Below, one piece after another: positions 19,651 to 26,835 of a DNA stretch of 64,000 bases. Source of the stretch: Deltaproteobacteria bacterium (GTDB lineage: Bacteria > JAGRBM01 > JAHCIT01). Under the pieces are notes generated by a model, which was not told the origin of the DNA, searched no databases, and saw only the letters and a list, made by a program, of their open reading frames with translations. Positions within the stretch are counted from its first letter, which is position 1; each line of letters begins with the position of its first letter. Both the position numbers and the translations under genes were made by a program. The stretch covers positions 7,021-71,020 of the forward strand of contig JAHCIT010000008.1 of assembly GCA_026129095.1 (NCBI GenBank). Reading direction: 5' to 3'.

Positions 19651-20076
19651 TCATGCCTTGCCGTTCAGCGCGGCGGCCGCCTCGTACCGGTTCCATACTT
19701 CCGGATCCCACAGCTCGATCCGGTTCACGCTGCCGATCGCCACCAGCGAGGACGGCAGCGCCACCTGCCGGCGCACATCCTGCGGAATGAGCAGCCGCCA
19801 CTGCTCGTCGAACTCGGCGTCCACGGCCCTGGCGGTGAGCAGCCGCAGTTTCATTCTTTCCTCGCCGCTCTCGATCACGTTCAGACGGTCGGCGAACTCC
19901 ATCAGCTTCGGCGCATAAGCCGCATACGGGATCAGGTCGAGGCAGGGCATGTTCTGGTCGCGGACGATAAACACCTTCCGCTGCGGATCGCGCTCCAGGA
20001 AGCTGCTCCGCCAGCGGGACGGAAGGGCAATGCGGCCCTTGCCGTCCATGGTGATTTCGTGCTGACCCGTGAACAC
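19651..20076 (-). CDS. mraZ: transcriptional regulator MraZ
   Basis: Track ORF begins at TTG 20107-20109; GTG at 20074-20076 gives N-terminus (M)FTGQHEITMDGKGRIALP, which matches the canonical MraZ N-terminus in length; an in-frame ATG at 20047-20049 is a shorter alternative. Confidence 0.85.
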   Translation of the reverse strand: MFTGQHEITMDGKGRIALPSRWRSSFLERDPQRKVFIVRDQNMPCLDLIPYAAYAPKLMEFADRLNVIESGEERMKLRLLTARAVDAEFDEQWRLLIPQDVRRQVALPSSLVAIGSVNRIELWDPEVWNRYEAAAALNGKA

Positions 20077-20150
20077 TGACTGTCGACACCCTTCCCCTGA
20101 ACTCCACAAGGGACTCCAGGCAGTTTCGAGCCAATGGGATACAGAGGGAT

Positions 20151-20180
20151 TTTATCCCACTTTATTCCACTTTTGTCCAT
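20151..20180 (-). promoter_or_regulatory. candidate MraZ operator: three head-to-tail 10-bp repeats
   Basis: Forward strand TTTATCCCAC / TTTATTCCAC / TTTTGTCCAT; on the coding strand GTGGGATAAA, GTGGAATAAA, ATGGACAAAA; exact 10-bp period; 75-104 nt upstream of the mraZ GTG; a fourth copy at 20353-20362. Confidence 0.5.
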
Positions 20181-20353
20181 TCTCTTCAACTTCGCCCCCG
20201 CTGTCAAGAATTCCCTTAAGTATTTCAGATAGTTATGCATAGAAACGACAACCTTACAGAAACCGAAAGCAACCATATACTGGGCTTATATATGCCGTAA
20301 ACCACAAATTATAGTGGCCAAATATGAAGCAGGAATGAGCGCGTTATGGAGAT

Positions 20354-21448
20354 TTATTCCACTTTGGTGGAAGGAGAGCCGGTCCGGGCGGCGGCGATGC
20401 GCTCATGGATGATGAACGGCCCCACCAGAACGAGCGTGGCGATCTGCTGAACCAGCACGAGCGTGGCGAGCGCGATCAGCTTGGGTTCGGCGATCTCCCA
20501 TGAGGGCGGAAGGAAGTAGATGAGCGCCGCCTCGCGGGAACCGGTGCCAAGGAAACCCGCCGGCACGATCGTGGCAATGCCCAGCACGGCCCAGATGACC
20601 AGCACCTGGTCGGGCGAGATGCCGATGTTCACCGCCCGGCAGAAAAGCCACAGGGCGGCGCCGATCGGCACGAAGGCGAGCAGCGTGAGGACGACGATCC
20701 GGACCCGGTCCATCCGGGTACGGCCGCGAAGCCAGACGCCGATCTGGAAAAGCATCTGCCGCAGCCCCTTGTGGTGGGAGGTTTCGGCCCCTTCCGGGGC
20801 CAGCAGGTAGCGCGGCACCAGCAGGAACCCGGCGAAGATCGCCGCCGGCGCCAGCAGGATGAGCGGCCCGAGCCGGTTCAGCTGCAGGTCAGGATAGCCC
20901 AGCTTCGAGAAGGGAAAGACGACCGACTCCGGCAGCGCGGCGCATCCCAGGCCCAGCACAATGAGCACGCCAGCGGAATCGAAAAACCGCTCGGCGACAC
21001 CGGCGGCGATGGAGGCGGTCCAGGAATGGCCCTCCTTGCGGAGATCCACGCACTTGAGGAAATCGCCGACCCGGCCCGGTGTCACGACGCCCCAGAAGGC
21101 GGCCTTGAGGAAACTGTAGATATGGCGCCCGAACCGGCCTGGTTCCGCCGGGGCTCCCTCGCCCGGATGGGCAAAGACCGTCCAGCGCACCGCCCGGAAC
21201 CCCTGGTAGAACGGTGTCATGGCCATGCCGAGAAGCACCAGCACGAGGTCCGCGCCGCGAAGCTCGGCCATCACCTTGCGGATATCGAACTTGAACAGGA
21301 ACCAGACGAAGATGCCGACGCCGGCCACCTGCACGAACCGCTGGAACACGGGATTATGAAGGAGCCCCTGCTTCTGCGGAAGACCGGCCTCGGCCGTGAC
21401 TTCCACGGAAGCCCCGCCCTCCCCGGCTTTTCCTGAATGTTCAGCCAC
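20354..21448 (-). CDS. polytopic membrane protein, lysylphosphatidylglycerol-synthase TM-region-like (function unknown)
   Basis: 364 aa with about eight hydrophobic segments; family assignment from memory, low certainty; its stop codon lies inside the fourth MraZ-box-like repeat. Confidence 0.6.
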   Translation of the reverse strand: MAEHSGKAGEGGASVEVTAEAGLPQKQGLLHNPVFQRFVQVAGVGIFVWFLFKFDIRKVMAELRGADLVLVLLGMAMTPFYQGFRAVRWTVFAHPGEGAPAEPGRFGRHIYSFLKAAFWGVVTPGRVGDFLKCVDLRKEGHSWTASIAAGVAERFFDSAGVLIVLGLGCAALPESVVFPFSKLGYPDLQLNRLGPLILLAPAAIFAGFLLVPRYLLAPEGAETSHHKGLRQMLFQIGVWLRGRTRMDRVRIVVLTLLAFVPIGAALWLFCRAVNIGISPDQVLVIWAVLGIATIVPAGFLGTGSREAALIYFLPPSWEIAEPKLIALATLVLVQQIATLVLVGPFIIHERIAAARTGSPSTKVE

Positions 21449-21536
21449 GCGCCCGCCGCCTGTCCCGGCCTCTCACCGGTCCGGCCAATAAGCGCACGGC
21501 GGCGGGGAATGCAAGGAGAAACACGCCGCCGTCCGC

Positions 21537-23057
21537 TTATCCCCTCGGCGCGATCATGTCGTACCAGACCTTCTTCGAGCGGGTGCCGATAAGGTCGATA
21601 TGGAGGTGCTTGGTTTCGAGATAGGCCTCGAGCCCTTCCTCGCCGAACTCGCGGCCGATACCCGACTGCTTGTAGCCGCCGAAGGGAGCCTTGACGTTCA
21701 GCATGTGCCACTCGTTGATCCAGACCGTCCCGGTGCGGAGCCGCTTGGCGACAGCGAGCGCCTTGTCGTTCGATTTTGACCAGACGCCGCCGCCAAGGCC
21801 ATAGATCGAGTCGTTGGCCAGCGCGACGGCCTCGTCCACGTCCTTGTACTTGAGCACCGACAGCACCGGCCCGAATATCTCCTCCTGGGCGATCTTCATG
21901 TCGTTCTTCACCGCCACGAACACGGTGGGCTCGATGAACCAGCCCTTCTGGAACGCCTCGCCCGCAGGCTTGCCACCACCGGTGACGGCCTCGGCCCCCT
22001 GCTCGCGTCCGCTCTGGATGTAGCCCAGTATCCGCTTCTGCTGCCGCTCGCTCACGACCGGCCCCATCTGCGTGGTCATCTGGGCCGGATCGCCCAGACG
22101 GATTTTCCGGGTCTTTTCCGCCAGCTTCTCAACGAACTGGTCGTGGAGTTTCTCGGGCAGGAACAGCCGGGTGCCCGATTCGCAGGCCTGGCCGGCATGG
22201 AAGAAGGTCGCCCACATGGAACCGTCGATGGCCTGGTCGAGGTCGGCATCCTCAAGGACGATGTTGGCGCTCTTGCCGCCGCACTCCAGCGTCACGCGCT
22301 TCAGCGTCCCCGAAGCCACCTCCATCACCCGGCGGCCGATGGCCGTCGAGCCAGTGAAGGCGACCTTGTCGATGCCAGGATGGGAGCTGATCCGCTCGCC
22401 CGCCTCGGCCCCGCCCGGCACGATGTTGATGGCCCCGGCCGGTACACCCGCTTCGCCGCAGAACCGGGCGAACTCCATCGCCGTAGACGGGGTTTCCAGT
22501 GCCGGCTTGATGACCACCGTGCAGCCGGCGGCGAGCGCCGGGCCGATCTTCCAGCAGAACATCACCAGAGGGAAGTTCCACGGGATGATCTGCCCCACGA
22601 CGCCGACCGGCTCCTTGTAGACGTAGTTGGCCGACATGATGGGTTTTTCGAACAGTTCCAGCGGACGCATGGCGTTCAGACGCCGGGCGCATTCGGCGTA
22701 GTATTTCAGCGTGGCGATACACTGGCTCATGTCGCTCATCGCCTTCAGCATGATCGAGCCCGAATCGGCCGCCTCCAGCTTGGCGAGGTCGCTCAGGTTC
22801 TTCTGGACCAGCCCGGCCAGCCGGTCGAGTATCGCGCCGCGGTCGGCACCAGTAAGCTTTTGCCACTCCTTCGACTCGAACGTCTTGCGGGCGGCCGCGA
22901 CGGCCCGGTCCACGTCGGCCGGTCCCGCCAGCGCGCAGGTCGCCACCAGTTCCTGGTTGAAGGGATTGCGGGACTCGAACACAGCCCCGTCGGCTGCATC
23001 CACAAACTCCCCGCCAATGAACAGCTTGTACTGCCTTGCGTCCGCCATGCGCGTCAC
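21537..23057 (-). CDS. NAD(P)-dependent aldehyde dehydrogenase
   Basis: 506 aa; ALDH blocks FTGSTAIGRRV and catalytic-Cys block LECGGKSANIV. Confidence 0.92.
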   Translation of the reverse strand: MTRMADARQYKLFIGGEFVDAADGAVFESRNPFNQELVATCALAGPADVDRAVAAARKTFESKEWQKLTGADRGAILDRLAGLVQKNLSDLAKLEAADSGSIMLKAMSDMSQCIATLKYYAECARRLNAMRPLELFEKPIMSANYVYKEPVGVVGQIIPWNFPLVMFCWKIGPALAAGCTVVIKPALETPSTAMEFARFCGEAGVPAGAINIVPGGAEAGERISSHPGIDKVAFTGSTAIGRRVMEVASGTLKRVTLECGGKSANIVLEDADLDQAIDGSMWATFFHAGQACESGTRLFLPEKLHDQFVEKLAEKTRKIRLGDPAQMTTQMGPVVSERQQKRILGYIQSGREQGAEAVTGGGKPAGEAFQKGWFIEPTVFVAVKNDMKIAQEEIFGPVLSVLKYKDVDEAVALANDSIYGLGGGVWSKSNDKALAVAKRLRTGTVWINEWHMLNVKAPFGGYKQSGIGREFGEEGLEAYLETKHLHIDLIGTRSKKVWYDMIAPRG

Positions 23058-23149
23058 TCCTTAACTTCCCGTCCGGAACCGCCCGCGGTTTCCGTCCGCA
23101 GGTGACGCTAAACCGGAGCGGGAAGTAACGGCAACAGGAAATCCGATAT

Positions 23150-23611
23150 TTACCCGGTCCGCTCCGCGGGAACCTCCGGTGGCGTCTCCGGCCTCGCATC
23201 CCGGCCGGACCCGGCGCGTTCCTTCCGGAGATCGTCCACGGCCAGCTGGAGGAGGGCCGCCTCCTGGGTGAGGTTCTTCACGCGGTTGGTGAGCTGGGAT
23301 ATCCGGATGGAAAAATGGATCGCCAGCACCACGAGGAAAATGACCGAGAAGATCATCAGCGTACTGGTGGAATCGACCGCCCCGATCCAGCCGGTCAGCG
23401 CAAGCAGCCAGTTGTAGCGGAACACCAGCACAAAGAGCGCAAAGCCGGTGATAATCCACAGCCACGCATACTCGATCCGCATCGTCCGCCTGCGGACCAG
23501 TTCGAACACCGTCACGAGGAGCCCCACGACCACGATGGTGGCGAACACGGTCTGCCGGGGCGTGAGGCCGTCGGCACCCAGCGCTGCGGTTACCATGAGC
23601 GGTCCCGTCAT
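23150..23611 (-). CDS. small integral membrane protein (DUF2304-like), translationally coupled to GT2
   Basis: Track ORF trimmed to ATG 23609-23611 (MTGPLMVTAAL...), which overlaps the GT2 stop TGA 23608-23610; three to four hydrophobic segments. Confidence 0.6.
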   Translation of the reverse strand: MTGPLMVTAALGADGLTPRQTVFATIVVVGLLVTVFELVRRRTMRIEYAWLWIITGFALFVLVFRYNWLLALTGWIGAVDSTSTLMIFSVIFLVVLAIHFSIRISQLTNRVKNLTQEAALLQLAVDDLRKERAGSGRDARPETPPEVPAERTG

Positions 23612-24342
23612 GGCTTGGCGTCCTCCGGCAGGCGGTCCCGCCTCAGCACCATCAGGATCATCGACAGCGTCATGTGGAACACATAGTAGAGCGGCTTCAG
23701 CCCGGCGTGCATGGAAATCTTCTCGGGCGGCGAGCCGTGCATGACCACCGGCGTCTCGACCACCTTCAGTCCCGCCCGGTGGCACATCACGATGGCGTCG
23801 CCGTCCGGGTAGTCGTCCGGGTAGCGGTCGCCGGTCACCAGTTGCATCGCCCGGCGGCCATAGGCCCGGAACCCGCTGGTGGGATCGCTCACATTCCGGC
23901 GGATCAGAAGACGCGTCAGCCAGGCAAAGACCTTCGCCCCGATGCGGCGGACGACCGACGTGTCATAGCGGGGCCGCTCCTTCGAGTACCGGGTGCCGAT
24001 GACCAGATCGGCGCCAGAGAGCTGCATCTGCGCAAGCAGCGTCCGGATTTCCTGCGGCTCGTGCTGGCCGTCGGCGTCGCAGGTAACCGCCACGGTGAAC
24101 CCCTCGCGCCAGGCCCACTTGAGTCCGGTCTGGACAGCAACGCCATAGCCCGCGTTGAGACCATGCCTGCAGATGCTGACACCGGCCATCCTCGCCCGCT
24201 CTCCGGTGCCGTCCCACGAGCCGTCGTCCACGACCAGTACCGCCGCCTCGGGCAGTTCATGGCGGACCGCCTCCAGCACCTTCCGTATCCGGGCAGCCTC
24301 GTTCCACGCGGGAACCACGACGACGATCCGCTCAGGCCGCAT
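23608..24342 (-). CDS. glycosyltransferase family 2, Dpm1/polyprenyl-phosphate-sugar-synthase-like
   Basis: Trimmed to ATG 24340-24342 (MRPERIVVVVPAWNE...), 6 nt after the GT4 stop; GT2 blocks VLVVDDGSWDGT and TCDADGQH. Confidence 0.85.
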   Translation of the reverse strand: MRPERIVVVVPAWNEAARIRKVLEAVRHELPEAAVLVVDDGSWDGTGERARMAGVSICRHGLNAGYGVAVQTGLKWAWREGFTVAVTCDADGQHEPQEIRTLLAQMQLSGADLVIGTRYSKERPRYDTSVVRRIGAKVFAWLTRLLIRRNVSDPTSGFRAYGRRAMQLVTGDRYPDDYPDGDAIVMCHRAGLKVVETPVVMHGSPPEKISMHAGLKPLYYVFHMTLSMILMVLRRDRLPEDAKP

Positions 24343-25597
24343 GGGAGCGCTCCCCGTAGAAACGAAGCAAACCGGCGGCATCGTCCGAAATCGACCGGAC
24401 CTTCCCGCGGGCGGCTCCCAGTCCGCCGAGTACCGGAGTCCCGGCGGCCCATTCGCCGAGCGCCCGCGCCCATGCACCCACATCACCCGGCGTCACCAGT
24501 ATCCCGTCCTCTCCGTCCGTCACCAGTTCTTTCAGGCCACCGATGCGGCTCGCCATCACCGGAGTGCCGGCCAGAAATGCCTCCTGCACGACGAGCGGCG
24601 AGTTTTCCGGCCAGATGCTCGGCACCGCCAATAGGTCGGCACGGGCAAGCACCGGAGGAACTTCCTCGTGCGGGACCGGTCCGCAGTCTGTCACCCGCGG
24701 TCCGGCGAGAAAACGCGCGCAGTCGTCACGGTAGCCGCCCCGCCCGTGGTAGTCGCTCCACCTTCCGTACAGTTCCAGGGAAAGCTCCGGCGCGCCGAGC
24801 CGCGAAAATGCTTCCAGCAGTATGTGGGCGCCCTTCGAGTACATCAGCGACCCGATGAACACGATCCGCCTGCGGCCCGGTGGCGCCGGGCGGGCGGACT
24901 GCCCCGGCAGCGGAAAACCGTACCGGGCGGCCACGGATTTCCCGACCGGGACCAGCCCCAGCTCCACGTGACGGGCGGCGAGGTCTTCGGAGGGCGAAAT
25001 GAAAAGGTCCACGCGCTTCAGTCCGGATTCCAGCCTGACCCAGCGGTTGTCCACGCGGGCCGTTCCTGAACTCCACCGGTGCTTGTAACGGTGGCGCCAG
25101 TAGGCGGCCCCCGTGAAGCCCAGGCACCGGGCGCAGCGAGAGGCCTCCGGGCCGTCGCACAGGTTCAGGTCCGAATCGAGAAGCTGTCCCCGTGCACAGT
25201 AGAGCCAGTGATCGGCGAGCGTCATGGCGACAAAGGGACCGGGGCGGGGAACACCGGCCAGCCACCCGGCGGAGAGACCCGACAGGTGGAGCAGATGGAT
25301 GGCGCCGGGCCGTTCCGATTCCAGAAGCCCCGATATCTGGCGGTCGGTCATGGGGTCATCGTGCCAGGTGTCGAATCCCATCCGTTCGGCGGGCGGGGTT
25401 GCAAGGAACCGCACATCCAGGCCGTCAACGGTTTCCCGGCTCCATGAATAGGCGGGCCGGTGCAGGGTCCGGTCCACCGTGACCACCAAAACCTCCGCCC
25501 CCTGCCGCTTCAGTTCATGGGCGAGTGTGCGGCAGTAGACCTCCGTCCCCCCGGCCGAGGGGTCGCGGAACTGGTGGATGAAGAGCATGACTTTCAT
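24332..25597 (-). CDS. glycosyltransferase family 4 (GT-B fold)
   Basis: 421 aa; N-terminus MKVMLFIHQFRDPSAGGTEVY and C-terminal EAFLAGTPVMAS...GGLKELV region typical of GT4. Confidence 0.85.
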   Translation of the reverse strand: MKVMLFIHQFRDPSAGGTEVYCRTLAHELKRQGAEVLVVTVDRTLHRPAYSWSRETVDGLDVRFLATPPAERMGFDTWHDDPMTDRQISGLLESERPGAIHLLHLSGLSAGWLAGVPRPGPFVAMTLADHWLYCARGQLLDSDLNLCDGPEASRCARCLGFTGAAYWRHRYKHRWSSGTARVDNRWVRLESGLKRVDLFISPSEDLAARHVELGLVPVGKSVAARYGFPLPGQSARPAPPGRRRIVFIGSLMYSKGAHILLEAFSRLGAPELSLELYGRWSDYHGRGGYRDDCARFLAGPRVTDCGPVPHEEVPPVLARADLLAVPSIWPENSPLVVQEAFLAGTPVMASRIGGLKELVTDGEDGILVTPGDVGAWARALGEWAAGTPVLGGLGAARGKVRSISDDAAGLLRFYGERSHAA

Positions 25598-26511
25598 GCA
25601 CCCGCCTCCGGCACTTCCTCTATATAGGTGGCGTAGTGGCGGCCGGCCGTCCGCTCCAGCCCGCCGATCAGGCCGCCGACGTACTGGCCGAACACCTCGC
25701 CCACTGCCTCAGGGAACCGGTGTTCCCGCTGTCGAACCAGCGTGGCAACCCCTTTCAGGGCGCCCGCCAGCGACGGCACGGTGCGAAGGCCGTACACGCG
25801 GGAGAGCAGCCGGTGGAGCCTGACGCCCCGCTCGAAATCGGCGCGGCCGTCGAGATCGTGTGCATGGAAAACGGCGGCCGAGGGTTCGTAGGCGAACTTC
25901 CACCCGCGCCCGGAGAGGATGCGGGCCCACTCGATGTCCTCGGCGATCTCCACCAGCGGAAACGGGCGGTCCAGCCAGGCCTTCAGGCGGATAATTCCGG
26001 CCACGCTGTCGAAACGGACAACACCGGCCGCCCGGAGCGGATCGGCCGCATCCGGGTTTGCCGGGTAATGGGCGTCCACACGGCGGCGGACCGGCTCCGG
26101 GGTCGAATCGAAAGGCATCTGTCTGGCAAATACACCCGCCAGCCGCTCATCCGCCATGATTCGCCGCACGAGGGCCGAAAGGCAGTCTTTTTCCGGCAGG
26201 GCATCCTGGGAAAAAAGGGCCACCAGTTCGGCCCCGCACAGGGCGATTCCGAGGTTGCGTGTCCAGCCGTGGTTGAACCTGCCCGGCTCCAGCCGGATCA
26301 CGGTGAAATCAGAACCGGCCTTCCGGGCTTCCGGAGCGATTACCGTCACCAGCAGGCGGTACAGGTCCGGCGCGGCCGACGAATCGACGCAGACGATCCT
26401 CGCCGGTACGAGACTCCCCGCAAGCAGGGCCCGGACCAGCCGGGCCGTGCCGCGAAGGTCGTCGCAGACGGGAATGACCACCCCCGGACGGGCTGGAACT
26501 GAAGACGGCAT
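25594..26511 (-). CDS. glycosyltransferase family 2-like
   Basis: 305 aa; VVIPVCDDL...IVCVDSSAAPD...RFNHGWTRNLGIALCGAELVALFSQDALP consistent with GT-A fold; 4-nt overlap with the GT4 gene. Confidence 0.75.
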   Translation of the reverse strand: MPSSVPARPGVVIPVCDDLRGTARLVRALLAGSLVPARIVCVDSSAAPDLYRLLVTVIAPEARKAGSDFTVIRLEPGRFNHGWTRNLGIALCGAELVALFSQDALPEKDCLSALVRRIMADERLAGVFARQMPFDSTPEPVRRRVDAHYPANPDAADPLRAAGVVRFDSVAGIIRLKAWLDRPFPLVEIAEDIEWARILSGRGWKFAYEPSAAVFHAHDLDGRADFERGVRLHRLLSRVYGLRTVPSLAGALKGVATLVRQREHRFPEAVGEVFGQYVGGLIGGLERTAGRHYATYIEEVPEAGA

Positions 26512-26619
26512 ACGTTGGTTACGTCCGCCGTCCAGTATAGCTGCATTTTAATGGGAACCAGATGCGGGAGAATTAATGATGGACTCCCCCGCCCGGCTTA
26601 AATCCGGTTCATCCGGCCG

Positions 26620-26835
26620 TCAGTCGATCTCGGCAACCGGGTCGCCTTCCTTCACGGAATCGTTTTCTTTCACGAGAATTTTCGATATGGTCCCGGCGCA
26701 CGGGGCCTCGACTGGCATCTCCATTTTCATGGATTCGAGGATCACGACTTCCTGGCCTTCGGAAACCTGATCGCCCGGCTTGACGACGATCTTCCAGACG
26801 ACCCCGGTAATATGCGCATTGACAGGTGTACTCAT
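26620..26835 (-). CDS. free-standing biotin/lipoyl-attachment (biotin carboxyl carrier-like) domain protein
   Basis: 71 aa; biotinylation-type motif in VVILESMKMEMPVEAP; ATG at 26833-26835. Confidence 0.8.
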   Translation of the reverse strand: MSTPVNAHITGVVWKIVVKPGDQVSEGQEVVILESMKMEMPVEAPCAGTISKILVKENDSVKEGDPVAEID

